The position numbers and the translations under genes are program-made. The notes under the pieces were generated by a model. The model saw only the letters and a list, made by a program, of their open reading frames with translations. It was not told where the DNA came from and did no database searches. Shown here piece after piece: positions 7,001-17,361 of a stretch of DNA of 64,000 bases; the stretch's first letter is position 1, and each line of letters starts with the position of its first letter. This stretch comes from a virus (Duplodnaviria > Caudoviricetes): IMG/VR virus record IMGVR_UViG_3300042862_000163, positions 1 to 64,000 of that record; one strand, given 5' to 3'.

Positions 7001-7109
7001 TGTTTTAATTGTTTAATTGTTTAAAATTACCATTTTGTCTCTCTTGGACAGTTTTGTGAAGCCTCTCTTAACTCTTGTAAGAGAGACTTCCATAACCTAA
7101 TAATAGTTT

Positions 7110-7301
7110 TCATAGTCCTATCATTTCATCAAAACAACTCTCTAACAAATATGTTAGTTTGAATCGTTCTTCTATTAATACATCTATTTGATATTCTATC
7201 TCATGAATGTTTGTATCATCATGTGCATCTCTAAGACCATCTAAGAAGAATATTTCATTCTTGATGTCTTGTAACCTTTGTTCAATTTGTTCTGTTCCCA
7301 T
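7110..7301 (-). CDS. Hypothetical protein
   Basis: 63-aa ORF coupled to its neighbour. Confidence 0.65.
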   Translation of the reverse strand: MGTEQIEQRLQDIKNEIFFLDGLRDAHDDTNIHEIEYQIDVLIEERFKLTYLLESCFDEMIGL

Positions 7302-7684
7302 TATATTAAGTATTTAGAATATTTCTTTGTTACTAATCGTATTTGTTCTCTAGCATAAATGTCTGCATCATAATCCATATATGAATCAATTAATGATTTG
7401 ATAGTATTAGCTTGTGATGTAACATATGCTTCATCATGACTATCATTATTATGACTATGCGCTGTATCAAAGCCTATAATCAGATAGTCTCCATCTTTAT
7501 CCCATTGTGTAAAAGTAATCTCTTCAGGACAATGTTTAGGAGATAAATAATTTCCCCAACCTTCTTCTAACTCAACCAATATTGGATGATCTTTGGGAAT
7601 ATAAACATATCCACATCCCCAACCAGTTTTACAATGATTTTTGAATTCATCATCATATGCTATTGTATCAATATATGTTTTCAT
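7301..7684 (-). CDS. Conserved phage hypothetical protein
   Basis: GWGCGYV..P.DHP, EITF and GFDTAH motifs, recalled from a widespread phage family. Confidence 0.7.
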   Translation of the reverse strand: MKTYIDTIAYDDEFKNHCKTGWGCGYVYIPKDHPILVELEEGWGNYLSPKHCPEEITFTQWDKDGDYLIIGFDTAHSHNNDSHDEAYVTSQANTIKSLIDSYMDYDADIYAREQIRLVTKKYSKYLI

Positions 7685-7686
7685 AA

Positions 7687-7893
7687 TTAATAGTCTTTAA
7701 GTTGTTCATCAAGATCAATACCAACTATAACAGCTGGTATCCAACCAAATACCATCATACATAATAATGTTCCACCATGTGTGTAACAATCACGGAATGA
7801 TAAATCAGATAATATATATCCAATAAGACTAAATGTAGTCCATGTAGCAATAAGTGTAGCTATTACAGCTAACATAATTTTTGTTGATTTCAT
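7687..7893 (-). CDS. Small two-TM membrane protein
   Basis: Two hydrophobic segments; leader motif upstream. Confidence 0.7.
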   Translation of the reverse strand: MKSTKIMLAVIATLIATWTTFSLIGYILSDLSFRDCYTHGGTLLCMMVFGWIPAVIVGIDLDEQLKDY

Positions 7894-8362
7894 TTTTGTT
7901 TGTTATTAAGGAATTAATAATAATATTATTATTGTAACAGTATATAATACTGTTATTGTAATATAAGGATACTTCTTCATGTTATTTGTTATTAAGGGAT
8001 TAAAAATTGTATTGTTAAATCATTTGTAGTTATTCTGTAACTGACTAAAGTTTGAAGATATATATGTGCTACATCCTATTGTTCCAGGATTTAAATGATC
8101 TATATTTAGCAGATTGTTATTCGTAATATGATTGCATATTGATAGAAGCTGTTTATTGGACCACAATGGGTAAGCAAAAATCATTTACACATTACTATTC
8201 TCATTTATTGTTCTAAACTGAGACCACTCATTTGCACATACATTCAACCATCACTATCTAGTGCATCAAGTAATTGTATTATTATAATGATCTATTCTTT
8301 ATTCTTTGTTAACATGATGCCTTCTAATATAAAGAACACACCAAAGAGTATAATGTTTGTCA

Positions 8363-8587
8363 TCATAATGTAAATATAAAATGATAAGAATGTATTCTAT
8401 CTATTACAATAAAGTATATAACAGATAATATAAGAGTGATTATTAATGAAAATGCAATTTCAAGATCTGTATCTCCAGCTCTCTCACGTTTATCAGTCAT
8501 AATACCATAATATATTATACAGTATATAACTAAAGGAGACAGTATATAAAACAATACTGTCGTAAGGCTAATTGTTATTGTTTCCAT
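8363..8587 (-). CDS. Small two-TM membrane protein
   Basis: Two hydrophobic segments; in operon. Confidence 0.6.
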   Translation of the reverse strand: METITISLTTVLFYILSPLVIYCIIYYGIMTDKRERAGDTDLEIAFSLIITLILSVIYFIVIDRIHSYHFIFTL

Positions 8588-8589
8588 AA

Positions 8590-8904
8590 CTAAACTATTT
8601 TAATTAATGATTCAGGTATTTCTGGACATTTATAATGTTCCCACCATTCAGATCCATCATATTCTCCTCTATCAGACCATGTGCCATCTTTATACCAAAT
8701 ATTACCATACAATTCTTGTCCTCCATATCCACCATCATAATTAAAATCTAATGATTTAATGAATGCATCATATTCTTCTTGTGTATGTTTCATAGGAAGA
8801 ACACATTGTTTACTGTTATTCCAATCATACTCATGAGATATATAAGCACACAATAATCCTTTGTTATCAATATGTCTTAAGAACTCTTCTTTAGCATTTG
8901 CCAT
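8590..8904 (-). CDS. Conserved phage hypothetical protein
   Basis: YDGGYGGQELYGNIW..DGTW..RGEYDGSEWW motif, recalled from many phages. Confidence 0.75.
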   Translation of the reverse strand: MANAKEEFLRHIDNKGLLCAYISHEYDWNNSKQCVLPMKHTQEEYDAFIKSLDFNYDGGYGGQELYGNIWYKDGTWSDRGEYDGSEWWEHYKCPEIPESLIKIV

Positions 8905-8915
8905 AATATATATAT

Positions 8916-9050
8916 TTAGTTGTTTTTAATAAATTCTAATAGCTCAAGAACAATATCACGTTGTCCTAAGAAATATTCATAGTCTAATATATTATCACAT
9001 TTTAATACATCATCTATTTCTATAAGCTTATTCTCTAACCATTGTTCCAT
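8916..9050 (-). CDS. Small helical protein (44 aa)
   Basis: MEQWLENKLIEIDDVLKCDNILDYEYFLGQRDIVLELLEFIKNN. Confidence 0.6.
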   Translation of the reverse strand: MEQWLENKLIEIDDVLKCDNILDYEYFLGQRDIVLELLEFIKNN

Positions 9051-9090
9051 AATTAAATGTATTTAAAAGGGCCCGTAGAAGAGCCCATTA

Positions 9091-9258
9091 TTATTCTCCA
9101 GTATATGTACGAATCAAATGTAATAACATATCTCTCTTACCTCGTAAGTATTCATATTCTAATATATATGATTCATCTCTATCTGATAACATAAGTATAT
9201 TATCTAGTTCTAAGTATCTTTGTTCTATAATTGTTAGTTCTTCAAATAATTGCTTCAT
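9091..9258 (-). CDS. Small helical protein (55 aa), paralog of 8916-9050
   Basis: MKQLFEELTIIEQRYLELDNILMLSDRDESYILEYEYLRGKRDMLLHLIRTYTGE. Confidence 0.6.
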   Translation of the reverse strand: MKQLFEELTIIEQRYLELDNILMLSDRDESYILEYEYLRGKRDMLLHLIRTYTGE

Positions 9259-9605
9259 AATGCTATATATATTATTTATGTTATCACTTATTTTTGCTTA
9301 GTTAGTAAGCTCTATTATGTCTTTAGTGTCTCCACGTTGATCATTTCACACTCAACAAAACATATATTTATATCAAAAACATATGATTGCTATGTAATAT
9401 TCTTACATAAAGTTTATTTCTCCCTCGTAAAAACTTTTTATTCATTTCTCAACCCAGTAGTTTCTTACAAGATTATATAATAAAGTTTATACCTATATAT
9501 ATAGGAGTAAAATGTGTTCAATTTAATTTCCCACCCAATGTTTTTCAAACCCACCCTTATATATAATAGCAAGCTCAAATTAATGAGCCTGCTATTCTAT
9601 TAATA

Positions 9606-10007
9606 TTAGATGCTTACAGCAAGAATTCTTTCAAGGTCTGCACTTGTTAATCCTGCTGTTGTGGCAGAAGATTTACGAGCTTGTTCTTTAAGAACATCCA
9701 ATGCGAAATCATCAGCATAATCATCAGCTAATGCTTGAGCACTTGAAAAGACATCAACAACATCTACTCTTGTAAATGTACTGTTAGTACCGTCAGCATT
9801 AAGAATGTTTTCCCCTTTTGAATCTCTATTATTGTATGTAAATTGTTTTACATTAACATAAAGAGGAAACTTGATGTCTTCAACTGATTTCCATTTATTG
9901 TCTTCAACAATAGATTTAGGACAAAAATAAGCTTCTCTTTCTTTGTCCATTAACATTAAATTACCTGCTGCACTAAATGCTCCTCTTGTGATTTTTAAAC
10001 TTTTCAT
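9606..10007 (-). CDS. First gene of the leftward (early) arm, hypothetical
   Basis: 133-aa ORF with an A-rich Bacteroidota-type leader. Confidence 0.75.
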   Translation of the reverse strand: MKSLKITRGAFSAAGNLMLMDKEREAYFCPKSIVEDNKWKSVEDIKFPLYVNVKQFTYNNRDSKGENILNADGTNSTFTRVDVVDVFSSAQALADDYADDFALDVLKEQARKSSATTAGLTSADLERILAVSI

Positions 10008-10529
10008 TTTCTTTTGTTTTTATTAATTGTTTAATTGTGTTTTTTGAGCACTACGCTCAGGTTGTGGAAAGGGTTTTGAAATGGAGACCTTTCCGTTGCT
10101 CCATTTTATTGTATTGCATTATAGTAATCAGGACTCGAGCTCAAGACTCGAGAGAAAGATTATGAATTCTCTACTGTAGTTTCATCACATGTTTGGTTCG
10201 CTATTAACAATTGCTGTGCACACTCTTGCTTTAACTGATTATTGTCAACCAACACGCTTCTCCTTTTTTTATGATAACAGTAGAGAATTAATAAAATAGA
10301 ACAGTTTTATGACTTGTTCAGGTGCTTGGTGCCTGCTAAGGCTGTTGTGGTATTACGTGTCAAAGCATTAAGACACAACCATTTGGTTTGAAAAACATAA
10401 CTAAGAGGATTTGTTAGTGGGGACTACCCCCAACCTCTCAATTTGTCCAGGGGGTCTTGAGATGGAGTAGTCTCTACCAGTACACATATGGGGGGGTATT
10501 CATATTTTGAAAAAAAATTTAAAAAAAGT

Positions 10530-10562
10530 TTTGGTTGGTATGATATTTTTGTATTACCTTTG
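10530..10562 (+). promoter_or_regulatory. Bacteroidota sigma70-type promoter for the rightward virion operon
   Basis: TTTG, 21 nt, TACCTTTG; a second -7 box TATCTTTG at 10701-10708. Confidence 0.6.
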
Positions 10563-10731
10563 GGGTGGGGGTTGGGCATGGTAGTAATAGTATGTTCTTC
10601 TTTTATAGGTTATCAATACACATCTATAGAGAAAAAGTTCATAATATAGCATTGGAATAAATTAATTTATCTATTATGTTTATTATATAGTTTATTTATA
10701 TATCTTTGTCAATAGAATATAAAACTAAATT

Positions 10732-11085
10732 ATGGAACCAACGAAGATAATAGTACAAAGACTAAAGAAAGGAGTGGAGAATGATCTACAACTAGCTGAG
10801 AAGTATTATTCTATTCTATCTGTTATTAACAATCTTAAGTTAACAGAGAGAGAAATTCAACTTATAGCTTTTACATCTATTAAAGGAAACATTACATATG
10901 CTAATGTGAGAGAGGAATTCTGCAAACTACATGGAACAACAAGTCCTACGATTAATAATATTATCAGTAAGCTTAAGAAGATAGGTATATTTATTAAAGA
11001 GAGTGGTAAGGTGAAGGTTAATCCTCGTATTGTTATTGATTTCAAGAATGATGTAACATTAGATATAAAGCTAGTACATGAATAA
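10732..11085 (+). CDS. Winged-helix DNA-binding protein
   Basis: LTEREIQL...SPTINNIISKLKKIGIFIK...VNP wHTH pattern. Confidence 0.65.
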   Translation: MEPTKIIVQRLKKGVENDLQLAEKYYSILSVINNLKLTEREIQLIAFTSIKGNITYANVREEFCKLHGTTSPTINNIISKLKKIGIFIKESGKVKVNPRIVIDFKNDVTLDIKLVHE

Positions 11086-11422
11086 GCCAACAACAATGTC
11101 AGTGAAGGAATGGATTATCAAAAGGATGGCTATTAGTTTAGTTGTGTCTGAGAAGATAATTGATAGCATCATTACACATCAGTTTGATTCAGCCAATGAC
11201 GCTTTGAATTTAAATGATAGTATTGAGATCTCTGGATTTGGTAAGTTCTATTTTAATACAAAGAAAGCTAATTTATATTACGCAAAGCTTCTTGCAATGA
11301 AGCAAGCATATGAGAACACACTCAATGATCCTCTTACAACAGATAAGAAAAGACATTCTACAAATCTACGTATGGTTACATTGTTACATGATATTAAAAT
11401 GCTAAAACCAAAAATAAAATGA
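11078..11422 (+). CDS. HU/IHF-like DNA-binding protein
   Basis: DSIEISGFGKFY signature; crAss-like synteny near the terminase. Confidence 0.65.
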   Translation: MNKPTTMSVKEWIIKRMAISLVVSEKIIDSIITHQFDSANDALNLNDSIEISGFGKFYFNTKKANLYYAKLLAMKQAYENTLNDPLTTDKKRHSTNLRMVTLLHDIKMLKPKIK

Positions 11423-11697
11423 GCCTAGGACAAATCATTGAGGGATGGAAGAATCATCTTCTTCCAGAGGAAAGAAACAAAGCTTTTATAGAACATGTAA
11501 GCAAAGAGAGGAATGATATATGTATACAATGTAATGAGCATTCATACAATAAGCCAGAGTATACAACAATAAGACCAGATGCACATTGCACAAATTGTGG
11601 ATGTACGTTAGCTGCCAAAACAAAATGTTTAACTTGTGAATGTCCATTAAAGAAATGGGTAGCTACAGAAATACCAACAGACAATGAAACTAAGTAA
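11419..11697 (+). CDS. Zn-binding protein
   Basis: R..ICxxC...CxxCGC.L.AKT.....CP..KW. Confidence 0.75.
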   Translation: MSLGQIIEGWKNHLLPEERNKAFIEHVSKERNDICIQCNEHSYNKPEYTTIRPDAHCTNCGCTLAAKTKCLTCECPLKKWVATEIPTDNETK

Positions 11698-11974
11698 AAT
11701 CCCATTAGAACCGCTTATTCAAATCCTTACAGATCTATTTGATAGTGGAGCTGATTATATTGATATATCAGGTGAAGAAAGTGAAGAAAATGGAAAGCCA
11801 AAAGATATAATTCACATAACAATCAAACCAGAATACTTGCTAGCTCAGGAACCAATTGAAATGATAGAAGATGAAGAGGGCAATCAACATATAGAGATGG
11901 ATTATTCAGATGATCTTTATATAGACAAAGATACAAAGAGATTATCTGATGATGATATAGATAATTTAATATAA
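11684..11974 (+). CDS. Hypothetical acidic protein
   Basis: ORF in a packed operon. Confidence 0.7.
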   Translation: MKLSKIPLEPLIQILTDLFDSGADYIDISGEESEENGKPKDIIHITIKPEYLLAQEPIEMIEDEEGNQHIEMDYSDDLYIDKDTKRLSDDDIDNLI

Positions 11975-12264
11975 TGAGCATGATAAAGAAACCAAACTAT
12001 TATCGACAAATCATCCAGACATTAGAGAGTTTACATAAAACTCATCCCACATATAATATTGGAAGACATCTATCAACAGCAACTAATGAATCAGACTTAT
12101 GGGGGGTGACGGATAAAGAACTTTTATTATCATTAAAGAAATATGAGACAAGTCTTGAAATGGATGTTATACATGATGAAAAGGATCTTGAGAATATCAT
12201 TAAAGATGGAATGAATCTCGGAACAATATTCTTAAATGATAATGAGGACGAGGAGGAATATTAA
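11974..12264 (+). CDS. Hypothetical protein
   Basis: ORF in a packed operon. Confidence 0.7.
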   Translation: MSMIKKPNYYRQIIQTLESLHKTHPTYNIGRHLSTATNESDLWGVTDKELLLSLKKYETSLEMDVIHDEKDLENIIKDGMNLGTIFLNDNEDEEEY

Positions 12265-12274
12265 CAACTAAACT

Positions 12275-12607
12275 ATGGCATTAAACAAAACTACATATAT
12301 AAATACAGAACTTGATTGGGCTGAAGAGCAACTATCTAATTGGAAACAATATGTAGATGCTAATCCTTTACATACACTAGAGGATAGAATCAAGTGGAAA
12401 GAAACTAAAGCTGGTGGAGCAATGCCTATGGTAATTGCATCTATTGAAGCTCAAGGTAAGTTTGTACAAGAGACAATGAAGAACTACCTTGCTCTTCTTG
12501 AACAAGTTGAAAAGCTTAGAGAGAAAGAAGAAGCTAAAAAGATTCCTGTACGAGGTGGTGTTGAACTTGGTAGTATGGCTGAAGATTTCTTAAAAGGTAG
12601 AAAATAA
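12275..12607 (+). CDS. Possible terminase small subunit
   Basis: Small helical protein coupled to TerL; position only. Confidence 0.4.
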   Translation: MALNKTTYINTELDWAEEQLSNWKQYVDANPLHTLEDRIKWKETKAGGAMPMVIASIEAQGKFVQETMKNYLALLEQVEKLREKEEAKKIPVRGGVELGSMAEDFLKGRK

Positions 12608-14631
12608 TGGAGGGCCTACAAAGTATTGAATATGGAGATTGGTTCATCAATCAGAAAAGAGTTCCATCGAAGGACTCAGATGAGTATAAAGCATTCTATG
12701 CTTTCCATAAACAAATATGTATGGATGGTTGTACAATGGGAGGAGTATATATCAATCCTTTTTTATATTGGCATTTAAACTTTTGGAATACAGAGGTAGA
12801 TATTATAGATGACAGAGGAAGAATATCACAGAAATATGCTAACCCATATATGCGTGATAATGAATGGGTTATTACAAATGAAATAGATAGAGCACAGAAC
12901 GAAAAGAAAGGTTTAGTTATACTAGGCATTCGTCGTTTGGCCAAGTCAGTAATTGAGAGCAGTTATATAGGTTGGGGTGCCACGTTTGATGAGAACTCTC
13001 AGAATATTATAGCAGGACTGAATGCTCCCGATATAAAGCTTATCACAGATAAGATTGACAAAGGATTAAACTTCTTACCAGAAGCCTGGAGATGGCAGAG
13101 AGTAGAAGACAATTGGAAAAACCAAGTTACATTAGGGATCAAGACAAAAGCAGGAGAGCGAATCCCCTTTTCTCAGATCCTTATTCGTAACTTAGATGGT
13201 GGTAACAATGAAGAAGCAATTGCAGGTACTAAACCAAGAAAGTTAATTATTGATGAGATTGGTAAAGGATCTTTCTTACGAGGATTGCAAGCTGCAACTC
13301 CTGGGTTCACTACACCGTATGGTTGGGGGTGTTCACCTATACTCACAGGTACTGGTGGAGATATGCAGAACTTTATGGATGCTAAGTCCTTAATGTTTGA
13401 CGTAGAAAACTTCAACTTCTTAGAATACAAAAGTGCTAAAGATGATCAAAGAATCCATGGATTATTTATATCACATAAATATAGAATGGAAGCTAAAGAA
13501 GAATCTACACTTGGAGCATTCTTAGAACAACCATTAAATTCAGAATTACATAAAGTGAAAATGCTTGTCTCTAATGAAGAGAAAGCAGATAAGATTACAA
13601 ATGATAACCTTGATAGATTAAAGAAAGCTGGAGATAGACTAGCTTATTTAAAAGAGAAGATGTACTACCCACAAGAGGTAGATGATATATTCTTAAATGA
13701 AGATACAAACATCTTTGATATAGAAGCAGCTAAACGTCAGAAGACTAGATTATTAGCACAAGAGAGAACAGGAACACCTGTTATTTTATATGATGATGGT
13801 CAAGGAGTGAAACATGAGTTCACAGACAAAATGCCTATATCAAACTTCCCTCTTAAGAATAGTGATAACAAAGAAGCTCCTGTAATAATATATGAGTTTC
13901 CAATTGAATCTCCTCCATATGGATTATACGTTGCAGGGATTGACCCTTATAGACAAGGTAAATCTGCATATTCAAGTTCATTAGGATCTGTGTATATATA
14001 CAAACGTATGCACGCTATATCAGGAGAGAAGTATCAAGATATGTTTGTTGCTAGTTATTGTGCTAGACCAGAAAAGAAAGAAACATGGGAGGAACAAGCT
14101 CGTTATCTCATAAAGTATTACAATGCTAGAGCTCTATGTGAAAATGATGAGATCTCTTTTATTGACTATATGATAGCTAAAGGAGATGCACATTACTTAG
14201 AAAGACAACCAGATTGGTTAAAAGAAATAGTTCCAAACACCACAGTTAGAAGGGATTACGGAATACATAGATCTTCTGAAAAGATTAGAGACTTCTTACA
14301 TGGATGTCTTAAAAAATATACAGAAGAAGTGATACATACTGAGAAGGATGAAGATGGTAATATTACATCTGAGATAAAAGGTATGGCCAAGATATTTGAT
14401 CCTGTTCTACTTGAGGAGATGATTCAGTATAATGAATCAGGCAACTTTGATAGAATCATTGCTGCAGAGCTTGCAATATCTTTAGCAATGAAACTGGATC
14501 CTATAATGGGTAGGATAGGTGGAGAGCAAGATGTAAGAATACAATCAATGTTTACAAAGAAAAAAATGAATACTCTGTTTACAGAAAGCAGATCAATGTT
14601 TAACACACCAAAAAATAAAATGTTTAGATAA
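12607..14631 (+). CDS. terL: Terminase large subunit
   Basis: Walker-A-like GIRRLAKS, Walker B LIIDEIG, coupling motif TGTGG, RNase H nuclease YVAGIDPY and GNFDRII. Confidence 0.92.
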   Translation: MEGLQSIEYGDWFINQKRVPSKDSDEYKAFYAFHKQICMDGCTMGGVYINPFLYWHLNFWNTEVDIIDDRGRISQKYANPYMRDNEWVITNEIDRAQNEKKGLVILGIRRLAKSVIESSYIGWGATFDENSQNIIAGLNAPDIKLITDKIDKGLNFLPEAWRWQRVEDNWKNQVTLGIKTKAGERIPFSQILIRNLDGGNNEEAIAGTKPRKLIIDEIGKGSFLRGLQAATPGFTTPYGWGCSPILTGTGGDMQNFMDAKSLMFDVENFNFLEYKSAKDDQRIHGLFISHKYRMEAKEESTLGAFLEQPLNSELHKVKMLVSNEEKADKITNDNLDRLKKAGDRLAYLKEKMYYPQEVDDIFLNEDTNIFDIEAAKRQKTRLLAQERTGTPVILYDDGQGVKHEFTDKMPISNFPLKNSDNKEAPVIIYEFPIESPPYGLYVAGIDPYRQGKSAYSSSLGSVYIYKRMHAISGEKYQDMFVASYCARPEKKETWEEQARYLIKYYNARALCENDEISFIDYMIAKGDAHYLERQPDWLKEIVPNTTVRRDYGIHRSSEKIRDFLHGCLKKYTEEVIHTEKDEDGNITSEIKGMAKIFDPVLLEEMIQYNESGNFDRIIAAELAISLAMKLDPIMGRIGGEQDVRIQSMFTKKKMNTLFTESRSMFNTPKNKMFR

Positions 14632-14632
14632 C

Positions 14633-17218
14633 ATGGCAATAATTAGATATACAAAAGATGCTACCATTAGGTATGCTTACTTAAACATCTTCCCTGATCA
14701 GTTTAAGACAGAGAAGGAAAAAGAAGATGAGAGTTGGATTAAGAATACTATGGATTATTTCTCTAACAAGGCCTATGCTGAGTATATGAAGAATAGAGAT
14801 ACATTTGTTAAGAACTATGATCTTATGAAAGGAATCTTACGTATGGAAGATTTTTATCAAGAACCAGAGACAAGAAGTTTTACAGATGTTCTTACATCAG
14901 ATCTTGAACTTCCTGCTTATGTAAAGATGTATTCAATCATCACCACTCCTGTTAATGAGTTAGTAGGAGAAATAAGCAAACGTCCAGATACATTTAGAGT
15001 GAAAGCTTTTGATGATGATAGTAAAGCAGAAGAGTTACAATTTAAAACAGACACTCTTCAACAATATGTAATTAGTCAAGTTAAACAACAACTAATGACT
15101 AAAGCTGCAATGCAAGGAGAAGAAGTTGATCCTGAGCAATTGGAGCAAATGACAATGGAACAAGTTAAGGATCAATTAGATAGCTATACATCTATTGCTG
15201 AGAAATGGGCTAACCATGTTCTTACATCTAATAAAGCTGAGTTTAATTTAAAGGAAAAGAGTGAGGATGCCTTTAGGGATATGCTTATATCAGCTAGAGA
15301 ATTCTATCATATATACGAAGATAACTCAAAGCTTGGATTTAACATTGAAGTGGCTAACCCAAAGAACACTTGGTTTTTAAGTACACCAGATAGAAAGTAT
15401 ATATCAGATCCTACAGGTAGAGCACAAGGAGCATACGCTGCTGGTACTGTGCAAGTTATGGAACTTTCAGAAATCATTGAATCTATACCAGATCTTAGTA
15501 AAGAAGAGATAGATCACCTACGTAGTTCATTACAAGATTATGGATTAATCAATGTACGTGAATCTAACCTTGGTAATCCTAATGCTCCAGAAGGACAAGA
15601 CTCTGTTCAGTATGATACATTTGATCCACTTGTCTTACAGACTAGAATGATGATTGAATCAGAAATGAAAGAAAACAATGATGGCTTAAAAGATTTCTTA
15701 GGCTTAACTAATAATGTAAGTTCATTTGGATATAAATACGTAGTAGTAAGAAGCTATTGGATATCTAAAAGAAAAATAGGTAAGTTGGTTTATATAGATG
15801 AAATGGGTAATGAGCAATCTACACTTGTTGATGAGTCTTATAAATCAGGAACAATGCCTACACAACAATCATTGGAGTGGGGATGGATTAATGAATGGTA
15901 CCAAGGAACAAAGATCGGTCCAGACATTTATCATATTAAACCATTTAAGTTACTGAACTATTGTCCTATTATAGGAACTACACATGAGGTGAAGAATACA
16001 GAAGCTAAATCACTTGTTGATTTAATGAAACCTTTTCAGGTGATATATAATGTATGTATGAACCAATTGTATAAACTACTTGAAAAAGAAGTAGGAAAGG
16101 TTCAGTTAATGTCATTAAGACATATTCCTATTCCTAAAGATGGAGATGCACAAGATGCTCTTGATATATGGGAAATGGAAGCACGTAACAGAGGTGTTGT
16201 ATTTATAGATGATAGCCCAGAGAACTTAAAATCTCCTAGCTCATTTAATCAATTTACAGCTCTTGATCTTACACGTACACAAGAGATACAATCTAGATAT
16301 ACATTAGCTCAACAAATCAAGATGGAATGTTGGGAACTTGTTGGAATGTCTAAACAGCGTATGGGGTCTGTTTCTGCCTCTGAAAGTGCTACAGGGACAA
16401 ACACTGCCATGCAACAGAGTTATTCGCAGACAGAGCCTCTATTCGTGGCACATGAGTATGTACTTGGACAATTGTATCAATCCATTATTGATGCATCTCT
16501 TTATATAGAAAGTGCTAAGCCACAATCGACATTATCTTATATTACATCTGAAGGTGAATCTGCATTTGTACAAGTGAATGGAACTGATCTTTCATTCCGT
16601 GATTTAAAAGTGTTCTTAACTAATAGACCAGAAGATACTCAAATGTTTAATGAGCTTAGACAATTGTCTCAAGCTATTATCCAAAATGGTGGCACACTTT
16701 ATGATGTCGTTGAATTATACAGTTCTAAATCACAAAGAGATCTTAAGAAAACATTTAAAGATCTTAGAGATAGACAGATTGCACAACAAGAACAAGCTAA
16801 TCAGTTGCAACAACAACAGTTACAACAACAACAAGAACAAGCTCAAGCTACATTACAACAAACTGCTCAATTGGCGCAAGAGCAACAAGCTCATGATGAT
16901 TACCAAAAAGAACTTGATAGATTATCTAAAGAAAAGATTGCCATTATACAAGCTACAGGATTTGGTAATGTTGAAGCTGAAGACACAAATGCAAATGCTA
17001 TTCCTGATGTAATGGAAATGAGCAGGTTAGCTCATGACCAAGATAAAGCTACAAAAGATTACGGATTAAAAATGGCTGATATTCAATCTAAAAACAAACA
17101 AGCTACTGATAAAATGTCTGTAGAGAAAGAGAAATTACAAGTGGCTAGAGAGAATATGGCAAATGATCTTGCTGTTGCAAAAGAGAATGCTAAAGGACGT
17201 AATAACAAAAAAGGTTAA
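14633..17218 (+). CDS. Portal protein
   Basis: 861 aa directly after TerL; SLVDLMKPFQ..YN motif and a Gln-rich C-terminal barrel helix. Confidence 0.9.
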   Translation: MAIIRYTKDATIRYAYLNIFPDQFKTEKEKEDESWIKNTMDYFSNKAYAEYMKNRDTFVKNYDLMKGILRMEDFYQEPETRSFTDVLTSDLELPAYVKMYSIITTPVNELVGEISKRPDTFRVKAFDDDSKAEELQFKTDTLQQYVISQVKQQLMTKAAMQGEEVDPEQLEQMTMEQVKDQLDSYTSIAEKWANHVLTSNKAEFNLKEKSEDAFRDMLISAREFYHIYEDNSKLGFNIEVANPKNTWFLSTPDRKYISDPTGRAQGAYAAGTVQVMELSEIIESIPDLSKEEIDHLRSSLQDYGLINVRESNLGNPNAPEGQDSVQYDTFDPLVLQTRMMIESEMKENNDGLKDFLGLTNNVSSFGYKYVVVRSYWISKRKIGKLVYIDEMGNEQSTLVDESYKSGTMPTQQSLEWGWINEWYQGTKIGPDIYHIKPFKLLNYCPIIGTTHEVKNTEAKSLVDLMKPFQVIYNVCMNQLYKLLEKEVGKVQLMSLRHIPIPKDGDAQDALDIWEMEARNRGVVFIDDSPENLKSPSSFNQFTALDLTRTQEIQSRYTLAQQIKMECWELVGMSKQRMGSVSASESATGTNTAMQQSYSQTEPLFVAHEYVLGQLYQSIIDASLYIESAKPQSTLSYITSEGESAFVQVNGTDLSFRDLKVFLTNRPEDTQMFNELRQLSQAIIQNGGTLYDVVELYSSKSQRDLKKTFKDLRDRQIAQQEQANQLQQQQLQQQQEQAQATLQQTAQLAQEQQAHDDYQKELDRLSKEKIAIIQATGFGNVEAEDTNANAIPDVMEMSRLAHDQDKATKDYGLKMADIQSKNKQATDKMSVEKEKLQVARENMANDLAVAKENAKGRNNKKG

Positions 17219-17297
17219 AAAACTTCCTCTCTTCGGAGGAAAAAAATATATTAATGCTATATTATCAAGAAAATTGGATTAGATTGGTTCAGAACCC

Positions 17298-17328
17298 TTT
17301 GATATTCAAAACTCTTATTATACTTTTA
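17298..17328 (+). promoter_or_regulatory. Promoter-like element upstream of the scaffold/capsid genes
   Basis: TTTG, 19 nt, TACTTTTA (one mismatch to TAnnTTTG). Confidence 0.5.
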
Positions 17329-17361
17329 CATAAATAAAACCAAACACAAATACAACTACAT

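Noticed and set aside
7001-7025. TTGTTTAA tandem repeats (similar sequence near 10025)
   Set aside because: Explained as ordinary A-rich Bacteroidota translation leaders on the minus strand
9250-9480. 76-aa plus-strand ORF
   Set aside because: TTG start, opposite to the local gene direction, low-complexity AT-rich intergenic sequence
16650-17012. 120-aa alternative-frame ORF inside the portal gene
   Set aside because: Shadow of the CAA-rich Gln tract; no independent evidence
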